Below are positions 23,348 through 32,000 of a stretch of DNA of 32,000 nt, piece after piece (the first letter of the stretch is position 1; every line of letters begins with the position of its first letter). The translations under genes were made by a program, and so were the position numbers. Origin of the DNA: Ramlibacter sp. GTDB taxonomy: Bacteria > Pseudomonadota > Gammaproteobacteria > Burkholderiales > Burkholderiaceae_C. The notes beneath the pieces are model-generated. The model saw nothing but the letters and a program-made list of their open reading frames with translations. It made no database searches and was not told the DNA's origin. The stretch covers positions 65,223-97,222 of the forward strand of contig NZ_DASZSE010000028.1 of assembly GCF_035548915.1 (NCBI RefSeq), read 5' to 3'.

Positions 23348-25173
23348 ACACGAGGGCTTCGGCTCTGTCCGATGCGACGCGCCGAAGCGTGCGCATCGGC
23401 GGCGCCTGCGGCTTCTGGGGCGACAGCGCCGCGGGCGCGCCGCAGCTCGTCGCGTCGGGGATGATCGACTACCTCGTGTTCGACTACCTCGCCGAAACCA
23501 CGATGGCGATTCTCGCGGCCGCGCGATCGAAACATCCCGAACTCGGCTACGCCACCGACTTCGTCGATATCGCCATGCGAGCCGTGCTGCCCGAGGTGTG
23601 TTCGCGCGGCATCAAGGTCGTCGCCAACGCGGGCGGCATCAATCCGAAGTCGTGTGCCGATGCGCTGCAGGCGCTGGCCGCCTCGATGGGCCTCTCGCCG
23701 CGCATCGCGGTCGTCGACGGCGACGACGTGAGCGCGCTCATGCCCGCGCTGCGCGACGAGGGCGTGCGCGACATGTTCACCGGCGAGCCCCTTCCCACCC
23801 GCGTGTCGAGTGCCAACGCCTACCTCGGCGCGTTGCCGGTGGCGCGCGCGCTCGCCGCGGGGGCCGACATCGTCATCACCGGGCGCGGCGTCGACAGCGC
23901 CGTGACGCTCGGCGCGCTGATCCATGAATTCGGCTGGTCGGCTCGGGACTACGACCGGCTCGCGGGCGGCAGCCTCGCCGGACACATCATCGAATGCGGC
24001 TGCCAGGCGACGGGCGGCCTCTTCACCGACTGGGATCGCGTGCCCGACTGGGCGCACATCGGCTACCCCATCGTGGAATGCGCGGAAGACGGCAGCTTCG
24101 AGCTCGTGAAGGCGCCCGCGACCGGCGGGCTCATCGATCGCGCCTGCGTGGCCGAGCAGATGCTCTACGAAATCGGCGACCCGGGCGCGTATCTGCTGCC
24201 CGACGTGACCTGCGACTTTCGGCAGGTGCGCATCGAACAGGCCGCACCGGACCGCGTGCGCGTCTTCGGCGCGCGCGGACGCGCGCCTTCCGCGACGTAC
24301 AAGGTGTCCGCGACGCAACTGGACGGCTGGCGCTGCGCGGGGACGATCGCGGTGGTTGGCATCGATGCCGCGCGCAAGGCGCGCCGCACGGGCGAAGCCA
24401 TCGTCGAGCGCACGCGCGCAATGCTGCTGGCACAAGGCATGGCGGACTACGCGAACGTGCAGATCGAGCTCTTCGGTTGCGAATCGCTCTACGGCGCCCA
24501 TTCCCGCACGAGAGGGTCGCGCGAAGTCATGGTGCGCGTGGTGGTCGATCACCCCGAAAAGCAGGCGCTCGCCCTCTTCGCGCGCGAGGTCGCACCGGCC
24601 GGCACGTCATGGTCGCCCGGCACGACGATGGCTTCGGGCGGTCGGCCATCGCCCTCGCCGCTCGTGAAGCCGTTCTCGTTCCTGCTCGCCAAGTCGCGAG
24701 TGCCTGTGCGCGTGCGCATCGGCGAGGATTCGCTCGACGTGGAGACTGCGCACGGCGTGGCCGTGGTCGAACCCGCGGCATCCCTCGCGCCACCCGCGGC
24801 GTGGATCGACCCCGTGGGCGAGGCGCAGGTCGAAGTGCCGCTCGTGAAACTCGCCTGGGGCCGCAGCGGCGACAAGGGCGACATCTCCAACATCGGCATC
24901 GTCGCGCGGCGCGCGGAATGGCTGCCGCTCCTGTGGGCGCGCCTCACCCCGGAGGCCGTGCGGGAGCGGTTCGCGCACATGGTGCGCGGGCGCGTCGAAC
25001 GATTCCATCTGCCTGGCACGCATGCCATGAACTTCATGCTGCACGCGGCGCTCGCGGGCGGCGGGCCCGCGTCGGCGCGCTTCGATCCGCTCGGCAAGGG
25101 CAACGCGCAGATTCTGCTCGACATGCCAGTGCGCGTTCCGATGTCGATCGCCGATCAGCTCGGCACTTGCTGA
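23344..25173 (+). CDS. AtuA-like (acyclic terpene utilisation, DUF1446) family protein, 609 aa
   Basis: The real start is Met32 of ORF 23251..25173(+). The N-terminus VRIGGACGFWGDSAAGAPQLV....IDYLVFDYLAE.TM is characteristic of DUF1446/AtuA. The C-terminal GRSGDKGD..NIG motif is also family-typical (from memory). Confidence 0.78.
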   Translation: MNTRASALSDATRRSVRIGGACGFWGDSAAGAPQLVASGMIDYLVFDYLAETTMAILAAARSKHPELGYATDFVDIAMRAVLPEVCSRGIKVVANAGGINPKSCADALQALAASMGLSPRIAVVDGDDVSALMPALRDEGVRDMFTGEPLPTRVSSANAYLGALPVARALAAGADIVITGRGVDSAVTLGALIHEFGWSARDYDRLAGGSLAGHIIECGCQATGGLFTDWDRVPDWAHIGYPIVECAEDGSFELVKAPATGGLIDRACVAEQMLYEIGDPGAYLLPDVTCDFRQVRIEQAAPDRVRVFGARGRAPSATYKVSATQLDGWRCAGTIAVVGIDAARKARRTGEAIVERTRAMLLAQGMADYANVQIELFGCESLYGAHSRTRGSREVMVRVVVDHPEKQALALFAREVAPAGTSWSPGTTMASGGRPSPSPLVKPFSFLLAKSRVPVRVRIGEDSLDVETAHGVAVVEPAASLAPPAAWIDPVGEAQVEVPLVKLAWGRSGDKGDISNIGIVARRAEWLPLLWARLTPEAVRERFAHMVRGRVERFHLPGTHAMNFMLHAALAGGGPASARFDPLGKGNAQILLDMPVRVPMSIADQLGTC

Positions 25174-25181
25174 TCCGAAGC

Positions 25182-25200
25182 GGCCGCGCCCGACGCGGCC
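25182..25200 (+). terminator. weak hairpin GGCCGCG-cccga-CGCGGCC after the AtuA-like gene
   Basis: Read directly. It has a 7-bp stem and no U-tract. Confidence 0.2.
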
Positions 25201-25228
25201 CATGGCGTCCCGTCGCTAAACTCGAACC

Positions 25229-26455
25229 ATGCGGACATACATGGTAGGGGGCGCCGTTCGCGACGCCCTGCTGGGCTTGCCGGTGAACGACCGCGACTGG
25301 GTCGTCGTCGGCGCGACGCCGCAGCAGATGATCAGCGCCGGCTTCCTGCCGGTGGGAAAGGACTTCCCGGTGTTTCTTCATCCGCACACGAGGGAAGAGC
25401 ACGCGCTCGCGCGCACCGAGCGCAAGACCGCGCGCGGCTACCACGGCTTCGCGTTCCACGCGGAGCCCGACGTCACGCTCGAAGAGGACCTCGCGCGGCG
25501 CGACCTCACGATCAACGCGATGGCCCGCGACGAACAAGGGCGGCTCGTCGATCCGTTCGGCGGCCGCGCGGACCTCGAGCGCAAGGTGCTTCGCCACGTG
25601 ACGCAGGCGTTTCGCGAGGACCCGGTGCGCATTCTGCGCGTGGCGCGCTTCGCCGCGCGGTTTTCGGACTTCGCCGTCGCCGCCGAGACGGTGGAATTCA
25701 TGCGCGAGATGGTCGCGGCCGGCGAGGTGGACGCGCTGGTGCCCGAGCGCGTCTGGCAGGAACTCGCGCGCGGGCTCATGGAAGCCAAGCCCTCCCGCAT
25801 GTTCGAGGTGCTGCGCGAATGCGGTGCGCTCGCCCGGCTGCTGCCCGAGGTGGATCGCCTGTGGGGCGTGCCGCAGCGAGCCGACTATCACCCGGAGGTC
25901 GACACCGGCGTTCACCTCATGATGGTGCTCGACATGAGCGCGCGGCTTGCCGCGCCGCTGGCTGTGCGCTTTGCCTGCCTCACGCACGATCTCGGCAAGG
26001 GCACGACGCCCGCCGAAGTGCTGCCGCGCCACGTGGGGCACGAGCAGCGCAGCGTGGCCTTGCTGCAAGGCGTGTGCGATCGGCTGCGCGTGCCTTCCGA
26101 ATCGCGCGAACTCGCGCACGTGGTCGCGCGCGAGCATGGCAACATCCACCGTTCGAGCGCCTACGGCGCGGCGGCGATCGTCCGGCTGCTGGAACGCTGC
26201 GACGCGCTGCGCAAGCCGCAGCGTTTCGAGCAGGCATTGCTCGCTTGCGAATGCGATGCGCGCGGCCGCCTCGGACTCGAAGAGGAGCCGTATCCGCAGC
26301 GCGCACGGCTGCTGGCCGCGCTGGCAGCGGCGCAGCAGGTGCCCACCGCGCAGATCGCGGCGCAGGCGCAGGAACGTGACGTGACCGGCCCGCGCATCGG
26401 CAAGCTGATCCACGAGGCGCGCGTGCACGCGGTGGAGCAGGCGCTTTCCGCGTGA
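25229..26455 (+). CDS. cca: multifunctional CCA-adding tRNA nucleotidyltransferase with HD phosphohydrolase domain (408 aa)
   Basis: ORF track 25229..26455(+). The sequence MRTYMVGGAVRDALLGLPVNDRDWVVVG aligns with the E. coli Cca N-terminus. An HD region (HPEVDTGVH, THDLGK) is present. Confidence 0.93.
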   Translation: MRTYMVGGAVRDALLGLPVNDRDWVVVGATPQQMISAGFLPVGKDFPVFLHPHTREEHALARTERKTARGYHGFAFHAEPDVTLEEDLARRDLTINAMARDEQGRLVDPFGGRADLERKVLRHVTQAFREDPVRILRVARFAARFSDFAVAAETVEFMREMVAAGEVDALVPERVWQELARGLMEAKPSRMFEVLRECGALARLLPEVDRLWGVPQRADYHPEVDTGVHLMMVLDMSARLAAPLAVRFACLTHDLGKGTTPAEVLPRHVGHEQRSVALLQGVCDRLRVPSESRELAHVVAREHGNIHRSSAYGAAAIVRLLERCDALRKPQRFEQALLACECDARGRLGLEEEPYPQRARLLAALAAAQQVPTAQIAAQAQERDVTGPRIGKLIHEARVHAVEQALSA

Positions 26456-26468
26456 AGCGGCCGCTGCG

Positions 26469-27392
26469 TCACACAAGAAGCGCCAGCGCGGCGTAGTCGC
26501 CTACCCGGTCCGCGAGTCCCGCCGCAACCAGTTCGCTGCCGGCCGTGAGCGCTGGGAAATGCCGTTCGACTTCGGCCTGCAGTCGCGGCAGCAGGTAGGC
26601 CCGGTGATGGAAGAAGACGCTTCCGCCCAGGCTCACGCGCTGCAGGTCGAGGATGGCCACGAGGTTGTACAGGGCGCGTCCCATCACGCGGCACAGCTCC
26701 TCGACCGTCGCCTCGGACTTCGCGTCGCCCGCCTGCGCCTGCTGAAGCAACGTCGCCGCATCGGCGCCGAAGCGCCGCGCGACCGAATTGCCGGCGACGA
26801 GCGCCTCGACGTCGCCCACATTCCCGCAGCCGCAGAGCGCCTCGTCGTTGTCGCTCACGAACATGTGGCCGCCGTGCCCCGCGTTGCCGTTCTTGCCGCG
26901 CAGCACGCGGCCGTCGACGCACACGCCCATGCCGATGCCCGTGCTCCACGTGACGTAGGCGCAGTGCTCGAAGCCCTGCAGCGCGCCCCAGCGGCGCTCG
27001 GCCTCCAGTGCCGCCACGCAATCGTTTTCCACGCGCACTTCGGCAAATCGATGGCGCAACGGCGCTTCGAGCAAGGCGGTCGTCCAGTCGTTGGGCAAGC
27101 CGCGGTCCGGCCCCGCGAGGCCGCCGCAGATGTTGGGCGCGGCGATCTCCACGAGCCCCGCGCGCAGCACGAACGGCCCGCACGACGACACGCCTGCGCG
27201 CTGCACCGTGCCGGGGGCGACGCCCGCTTCGGCGCAGGCGTCGTCCACCATGCGGATGACTTGCCGCGCGAGCGCGCCGCTATCCCCGACCTTGGCGGTG
27301 GGTTCGCTGCGGCGCGCGAGGAGGTCGAGCCCGGCGCCGGTGTTGAGGCTCACCGCGACTTTGGTGCCGCCGATGTCGATGCAGGCTTTCAT
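26469..27392 (-). CDS. ROK-family sugar kinase (no HTH domain), 307 aa
   Basis: The real start is Met45 of ORF 26469..27524(-). Motifs: MKACIDIGGTK (phosphate-1), ENDCVAAL, GIGMGV, GHGGH...CGCGNVGDVE (a ROK zinc-motif variant). Confidence 0.85.
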   Translation of the reverse strand: MKACIDIGGTKVAVSLNTGAGLDLLARRSEPTAKVGDSGALARQVIRMVDDACAEAGVAPGTVQRAGVSSCGPFVLRAGLVEIAAPNICGGLAGPDRGLPNDWTTALLEAPLRHRFAEVRVENDCVAALEAERRWGALQGFEHCAYVTWSTGIGMGVCVDGRVLRGKNGNAGHGGHMFVSDNDEALCGCGNVGDVEALVAGNSVARRFGADAATLLQQAQAGDAKSEATVEELCRVMGRALYNLVAILDLQRVSLGGSVFFHHRAYLLPRLQAEVERHFPALTAGSELVAAGLADRVGDYAALALLV

Positions 27393-27583
27393 ACGTACTT
27401 CGCGATCGCGCCGGCCAGCATGCTGAGGAGAATCGTCGAGGTGAAGGGCACGAACACCTCGCGGCCGAAGAGCCTGAAGCGCAGGTCGCCCGGCAGCTTG
27501 CCGAAGCCGAGCTTCTGCAGCCACGGCGAGAACCAGCCGATGAGCATCAGCGCGAGAAAGACGACGATGAACCAGCGGATCAT
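27389..27583 (-). CDS. DUF2905-family small membrane protein (64 aa)
   Basis: ORF track 27389..27583(-). It has two hydrophobic helices flanking GKLPGDLRF, which fits the DUF2905 pattern (LPGDI). The stop overlaps the ROK ATG (ATGA). Confidence 0.7.
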   Translation of the reverse strand: MIRWFIVVFLALMLIGWFSPWLQKLGFGKLPGDLRFRLFGREVFVPFTSTILLSMLAGAIAKYV

Positions 27584-27611
27584 GGAATTCGCAGTGTGCC
27601 GAAATTCGGCC

Positions 27612-28691
27612 TCAGAGTGTGTGGCTGCGGTCGCCTTCGCGAAAGCCCACCGCGTCCCAGTAGGCGCCCTTGTGCAGCGCGAGCACCTTGAAGAGTTCGC
27701 CCATCTCGTGCTCGGCCATGAGGCGAAGCGCGGCCGCGCGGTCGGCGAGCGTCGCGTCTTCGAGCCGCTGCACGAGGCCGCAGTTCACGAGAAAGCGGCC
27801 CTGCGTCGCGTAGCCGAGCGTCTTCAGCCCCGCCTCCTGCGCCGCGAGCGCGATGCCGGTGAAGTTCACGTGCGCGGTGATGTCCTTCAGGCCGATGCCG
27901 GAAAGCGGATCGGCATCGGCCATGTGCGCGCGATGACACATCAGCGTGCCCGCGCTGCGCTGAGGGTGGTAGTACTCGGCTTCGGGGAATCCGTAGTCGA
28001 TGAAGAAGGCGGCCCCGCGTTCGAGCCGCTCGGCCAGCGTGCGAATGAAGGCTTCGGCCATCGGATGGATTTCGGTCACGTAGTCGTGATCGCCCTCGAT
28101 CTGCACGGGCGGGCGCAGCGCCGTCGGTCGATCGGCCCACGCGAAACCGGTCGACACACCGCGTTCATGCCATACGCCGCCCTTGCGCGCGATGAGCTTC
28201 ACCGGCACGGCATCCAGCACCTCGTTGCCCACGATCACGCCCGAGAATCGTTCGGGCAGCTGGCTCACCCACTGCACGCGCTCGCCGTGCGCGGCGAGCG
28301 CCTCCTGCTGGCGCGCGCGCAGCGCCGCGGACACTTCGACGATGCGGTAGTGCCGCACGGGCAGTGCCGCGAGCAGCTCCTTCGCGAGCGCGCCGGTGCC
28401 GGCGCCGAATTCCCAGAGCTCGTCGGTGACAGTGCGCTCGAGCGCTTCGGCCAGCTGCACGGCGAGCGTGCGGCCAAAAAGCGGCGACATCTCGGGAGCC
28501 GTCACGAAGTCGCTGCCCGACGACGGCATGGCCCCGAACTTGCGGCCGTCGTTGGCGTAGTAGCCGAGGCCAGGCGCGTAGAGCGCGAGGGTCATGAAGC
28601 GATCGAACGGCAGCCACCCCTCGGCCCGGACGATCGTCCGCTCCAGCAGGGATGCGAGCGCCGTCGTTACACTCGGTGCGTCATCGGTCAT
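27612..28691 (-). CDS. MidA/NDUFAF7-like (DUF185) class I SAM-dependent methyltransferase (359 aa)
   Basis: ORF 27612..28739(-). I prefer the ATG at 28691 (MTDDAPS...), because the 28739 start is a TTG only 17 nt from folB. Motifs: FDRFMTLALYAPGLGYY, DFVTAPE, EFGAGTGALA, NEVLDA.P. Confidence 0.8.
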   Translation of the reverse strand: MTDDAPSVTTALASLLERTIVRAEGWLPFDRFMTLALYAPGLGYYANDGRKFGAMPSSGSDFVTAPEMSPLFGRTLAVQLAEALERTVTDELWEFGAGTGALAKELLAALPVRHYRIVEVSAALRARQQEALAAHGERVQWVSQLPERFSGVIVGNEVLDAVPVKLIARKGGVWHERGVSTGFAWADRPTALRPPVQIEGDHDYVTEIHPMAEAFIRTLAERLERGAAFFIDYGFPEAEYYHPQRSAGTLMCHRAHMADADPLSGIGLKDITAHVNFTGIALAAQEAGLKTLGYATQGRFLVNCGLVQRLEDATLADRAAALRLMAEHEMGELFKVLALHKGAYWDAVGFREGDRSHTL

Positions 28692-28756
28692 CGCCGGATT
28701 GTCCCCGAACGAGCGAAACGCCCGCGACTTCTCCCTCAAGCCAGGAACCGAAAGTC

Positions 28757-29125
28757 ATGACCAAGGCCGGCACTCAGATCCTCACGCTCACCGGGCTCAG
28801 GTTCGACGCGAACGTAGGCATCCTCGATCACGAGAAGACCGCACCGCAGCCGATCCTGGTGGATGCCGAGCTGAACCTCGGCACGCAGCCGCTCGTGCCG
28901 CGCGACGACGACATCACGCACGTGCTCGACTACCGCAAGGTGCGCCGCATCATCATCGACGAGTGCACGGCGCAGCACGTGAACCTGCTCGAATCGCTCA
29001 TCGGCAAGCTCTGCAATCGACTCATGCAGCTTCCCGGCGTGCTCGGCGTGCGCGTGCGCATCGCGAAGCTTCGGATCTTCGACGATTGCGAGGTGGCGAT
29101 CCGGATGGAGACCGGGCTCTGGTGA
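28757..29125 (+). CDS. folB: dihydroneopterin aldolase family protein (FolB/FolX-like), 122 aa
   Basis: The real start is Met36 of ORF 28652..29125(+). The pattern LTGLRFDANVGILDHEKTAPQPILVDAEL...DYRKV...LLESL fits the FolB fold family. Aldolase versus epimerase cannot be decided here. Confidence 0.78.
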   Translation: MTKAGTQILTLTGLRFDANVGILDHEKTAPQPILVDAELNLGTQPLVPRDDDITHVLDYRKVRRIIIDECTAQHVNLLESLIGKLCNRLMQLPGVLGVRVRIAKLRIFDDCEVAIRMETGLW

Positions 29126-29206
29126 CGCCCGTTGTGCGAATGACCCTGAGGGCGCATAGGAGAAATTCCTAAGGCGCAAGGCTTGCGGGCGCGCACGATA
29201 TGCCCT

Positions 29207-29596
29207 ATGGATCACAAACCTCTGCGCGCGCTGCTGGTGGATGACGACCCGCTGGTGCGCGAACTCGTCGCCCTGTGGCTCGAAGACCTGGGCTTCGCGG
29301 TCACGCAGACGGATTCGGCGACTCGGGCTTTGCCGATCCTCGACGAGCGGGTGTTCGACCTGGTCGTGGCGGACGTGAACCTCGGCGACAAGCTCGACGG
29401 CTTCGAGCTGGCCGTCGCCGTCGCCGACCGGCAACCCGACGCGCGGGTCCTCTTCATTTCGGCGAAAGCCTGGGGAACGCCCCAGACCGAGGAGCCGGAC
29501 ACGACTTTCCTGCACAAGCCGTTCACCGAAGCGGAACTGGCACGATCGGTGCGCTTCGTGCTCGCCGACGACAAGCGGATCGCCAATCCTGCCTGA
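29207..29596 (+). CDS. stand-alone receiver-domain response regulator (CheY-like, no output domain), 129 aa
   Basis: The in-frame ATG at 29207 lies within ORF 29183..29596(+). Canonical receiver residues are present: LLVDDD, phospho-acceptor Asp in LVVADVNL, S in FISA, and K in HKPF. Confidence 0.85.
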   Translation: MDHKPLRALLVDDDPLVRELVALWLEDLGFAVTQTDSATRALPILDERVFDLVVADVNLGDKLDGFELAVAVADRQPDARVLFISAKAWGTPQTEEPDTTFLHKPFTEAELARSVRFVLADDKRIANPA

Positions 29597-29627
29597 CCTC
29601 GGCTGACCCCGGCCGACCCCGTCCGCC

Positions 29628-29664
29628 CCGCTTCGCGCGCGACGCCGTGGGCGACGCGAAGCGG
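29628..29664 (+). terminator. 10-bp inverted repeat CCGCTTCGCG-N17-CGCGAAGCGG downstream of the response regulator
   Basis: Read directly. It has no U-tract. It is preceded by an imperfect tandem 10-mer (GGCTGACCCC GGCCGACCCC, about 29601..29620). Confidence 0.25.
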
Positions 29665-29684
29665 CAGTCTCTAGAATCGCCCGC

Positions 29685-30473
29685 ATGCCGCAAGACGCCC
29701 CCGCGCGAGCTCGCCTTTGCGCCGCGAAATTCGTCGCCCACAACATTCCGCTCGCGCCCGGCCTTTGCACGCGGCCGGGCGAGCCGCTCATCGGCGAGTC
29801 GCCGCGCACGAAGGCCATCCACGACGCCCTGCGCCTTTTCGTGCCCGGGGGTGCCGGCGGCAAGACGGCCGTGGACCTCGGTTGCCTCGAAGGCGGTCTC
29901 ACCTACGAGCTGTGGCGCGCGGGCCTGCGCGTAGTGGGCGTCGAAGCGCGCGAGGACAACCTCGAGCGGTGCCTGCTCGTGCGCGACTGGTTCGATGCCG
30001 CGGGCGCGATGGAATTCGTGCGGTCCGACGTGCGCGAGTTCCGGCCCGGCGCCGCATTCGACGTGGTGCTCTGCTCGGGCCTGCTGTACCACCTGGACGA
30101 CCCGGCCGGCTACATCGGCGAGCTGGGTCGCCTCGCCGCGCCGGGGGGCCTTCTCTATCTCGACACGCACGTGGCGCCCGAGGACGCAGACCTGCCCGAA
30201 TGCAACTTCCGCGCCGCGCTGTCGCCCTGGAAGACGCGCCTGCACGAGGGGCTCGCCATCCGCTACCGCGAATACGCGGAGGACATCACGAAACCCGAGT
30301 CGTCGGTTGGAAATCCGGTGTCGCTCTGGATGGACATCGCGTCTCACGTGGAGCTGCTGCAGCGCGCGGGGTTTTCGCGCGTGTTCGAAATGCACGGCTG
30401 GTTCGGCGCGGGCGAAATGGATCTGAAGCGGCGCTTCGCCCGGCACTACTGGGCCTGCATCAAGCAAGCATGA
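29685..30473 (+). CDS. class I SAM-dependent methyltransferase (262 aa), loosely CmoB/DUF1698-like
   Basis: ORF track 29685..30473(+). It has SAM motif [10 protein letters not shown], an acidic loop VGVEAR, and post-[19 protein letters not shown]...[10 protein letters not shown]. The resemblance to the CmoB branch is by eye only. Confidence 0.8.
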   Translation: MPQDAPARARLCAAKFVAHNIPLAPGLCTRPGEPLIGESPRTKAIHDALRLFVPGGAGGKTAVDLGCLEGGLTYELWRAGLRVVGVEAREDNLERCLLVRDWFDAAGAMEFVRSDVREFRPGAAFDVVLCSGLLYHLDDPAGYIGELGRLAAPGGLLYLDTHVAPEDADLPECNFRAALSPWKTRLHEGLAIRYREYAEDITKPESSVGNPVSLWMDIASHVELLQRAGFSRVFEMHGWFGAGEMDLKRRFARHYWACIKQA

Positions 30474-31114
30474 TCCATCCGAGGCACCGCCCGCGTCTCG
30501 CGGCCGCATCCGCCCTGGGATTCGTCTCTTTTTTCCTGTTGCCGCCCGGCTGGCCTTTCGTCACGCGCGCCCTCGTCGCCTGGAACGCCGGCGTGTGGTG
30601 CTATCTCGCCCTCATGGGCTGGCACATGCTGCGCGCGAGCGCGGCGCAGTTGCGCGAGATCGCGCAGCAGGAAGACGCGAGCACGGCGACCATGCTCGCC
30701 GTCTTGTCGGCCGCCGCCATGCTGAGCGTCGCAGCGATCGTGCTGGAGCTCGCGGCCACGCGCGGCAACAGCGCGGCGCAGGCGCTGCCGCACTACGGGC
30801 TCACGATCCTCACGATCCTCGGCTCGTGGCTCCTCGTGGGCGTGATCTACACGTTCCACTACGCGCATCTTTTCTACAGCGCCGACGCGTCGAGCCGGCC
30901 GCTGCGTTTTCCCGACGATCCGCAGCACCCGCGCTACATCGATTTCCTCTATTTCTCGTTCACCATCTCGGTGGCGGCGCAGACGGCGGACGTGTCGGTG
31001 CTCTCGAGCACCATGCGTGCGGCGGTACTCGCGCAGTCGGTGCTCGCGTTCCTCTTCAACGTCGCGATCCTCGGCCTCACGATCAACATCGCGGCCGGGC
31101 TGGTGGGACAATGA
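30470..31114 (+). CDS. DUF1345-family integral membrane protein (214 aa)
   Basis: This is the last 215 codons of ORF 29717..31114(+). The protein is polytopic. Family-typical sequences are FHYAHLFY...[27 protein letters not shown]. The ATG overlaps the methyltransferase stop (ATGA). Confidence 0.8.
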   Translation: MIHPRHRPRLAAASALGFVSFFLLPPGWPFVTRALVAWNAGVWCYLALMGWHMLRASAAQLREIAQQEDASTATMLAVLSAAAMLSVAAIVLELAATRGNSAAQALPHYGLTILTILGSWLLVGVIYTFHYAHLFYSADASSRPLRFPDDPQHPRYIDFLYFSFTISVAAQTADVSVLSSTMRAAVLAQSVLAFLFNVAILGLTINIAAGLVGQ

Positions 31115-32000
31115 CGGCCATGAGCGCAGTCTTCATCGAACGCCGGCACAGGATCGAGCGCGAAACCCACAAGCTCGAAAAGCGCCTGTGCCGCCTTGTC
31201 GGCCAGGCGATCGGCGACTACACCATGATCGAGCCGGGCGACAAGGTGATGGTGTGCCTGTCCGGCGGCAAGGACAGCTACTCGCTGCTGGACATCCTTC
31301 TGAAGCTGCAGCAACGCGCGCCGGTCGCGTTCGACATCGTGGCGGTCAACCTGGATCAGAAGCAGCCTGGCTTTCCGCAGCACGTGCTGCCCGACTATCT
31401 GAAGTCCATCGGCGTCGCGTTTCGCATCGAGGAGCAGGACACTTACTCCATCGTGAAGGACAAGATTCCCGAGGGCAAGACGATGTGCAGCCTCTGCTCG
31501 CGGCTGCGACGCGGCATCCTGTACCGCGTCGCGAGCGAGCTGGGCGCAACGAAGATCGCGCTCGGCCACCACCGCGACGACATCCTGCAGACGTTTTTTC
31601 TCAACATGTTCTTCGGCGGCAAGCTGAAGGCCATGCCGCCGAAGCTCGTGAGCGACGACGGGCGGCACGTCGTCATCCGGCCGCTCGCCTACATCCCCGA
31701 AAGGGACCTCGTGCGCTGGGCCGAACACCGGCAGTTCCCGATCATTCCCTGCACGCTCTGCGGCTCGCAGGAGAACCTGCAGAGAAAGCAGGTCGGCGCC
31801 ATGCTGCGCGAGTGGGAGCGCCAGCACCCCGGCCGCGTGGAAAACCTCTTCTCGGCGTTGCAAAACGTCGTACCTTCCCACCTGGCCGACGGAACGCTGC
31901 ACGATTTCCGGGGTCTGACAGCCATGGGCGTGCCGGACGCGAACGGTGACAAGGCTTTCGACGTGGATGAGTTCCCGGCTGTGCCGGCACTGCCCGCGCT
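31111..32000 (+). CDS. ttcA: tRNA 2-thiocytidine(32) synthetase TtcA (3'-truncated by the window end)
   Basis: This frame is not on the ORF track because it has no stop in the window. I translated it by hand: [52 protein letters not shown] (PP-loop SGGKDS), [26 protein letters not shown] (Fe-S cysteines). The ATG at 31111 overlaps the DUF1345 stop (ATGA); an ATG at 31120 is an alternative start. Confidence 0.9.
   Translation, partial: MTAMSAVFIERRHRIERETHKLEKRLCRLVGQAIGDYTMIEPGDKVMVCLSGGKDSYSLLDILLKLQQRAPVAFDIVAVNLDQKQPGFPQHVLPDYLKSIGVAFRIEEQDTYSIVKDKIPEGKTMCSLCSRLRRGILYRVASELGATKIALGHHRDDILQTFFLNMFFGGKLKAMPPKLVSDDGRHVVIRPLAYIPERDLVRWAEHRQFPIIPCTLCGSQENLQRKQVGAMLREWERQHPGRVENLFSALQNVVPSHLADGTLHDFRGLTAMGVPDANGDKAFDVDEFPAVPALPA

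Noticed and set aside
29538-29552. Sigma-54-like element TGGCACG-N4-GTGC (GG-N10-GC spacing) about 130 nt upstream of the methyltransferase-DUF1345-ttcA unit.
   Set aside because: It lies inside the response-regulator coding sequence and the -12 box deviates from TTGC. GG-N10-GC matches are frequent by chance in 70 % G+C DNA, and no enhancer-binding protein gene is nearby.

Overview
High-G+C segment (roughly 65-70 % by eye) with a gene order typical of a betaproteobacterial, Burkholderiales-like chromosome. I call about 33 protein-coding genes. On the ORF track, most of the very long ORFs (486-1166 aa) are Arg-rich shadow frames opposite or out of frame with real genes. Several real genes are only the 3' part of a listed ORF, so I re-derived their starts by codon counting; coordinates read directly from the sequence may be off by 1 nt. 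Recognisable genes, in order: a secreted-protein/membrane-anchor pair; an acidic small protein coupled to a RecQ-family helicase; a zinc-ribbon membrane protein; arginase; asparaginase-II family; a biotinyl-domain/carboxyltransferase fusion; an AEC transporter; rep; one orphan gene in a lower-G+C patch; xthA; pyrE; a DUF4124 protein; gatB-gatA-gatC divergent from mreB-mreC-mreD-mrdA; DUF2164 plus an AtuA-like gene; cca; a ROK kinase/DUF2905/MidA-like methyltransferase operon; a folB-like gene; a lone receiver-domain response regulator; and a methyltransferase-DUF1345-ttcA chain running off the 3' end. I saw no rRNA, tRNA, CRISPR array, transposase, integrase or phage genes, and no recognisable defence island. 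The window is mostly core housekeeping. The leads most worth following are: (1) an 82-bp near-perfect palindromic REP/MITE-like element sitting in frame in the linker of the BCCP-carboxyltransferase fusion; (2) a 407-aa orphan with an internal duplication in a low-G+C patch between rep and xthA; (3) a RecQ helicase core carrying a PcrA/UvrD-type Tudor-like tail, translationally coupled to a very acidic, probably disordered protein; (4) xthA and pyrE start codons overlapping head-to-head on a CATG; (5) an mre/mrdA cluster with no rodA, followed instead by DUF2164 and an AtuA-like gene. All family assignments come from motif recognition by eye, not from database searches.
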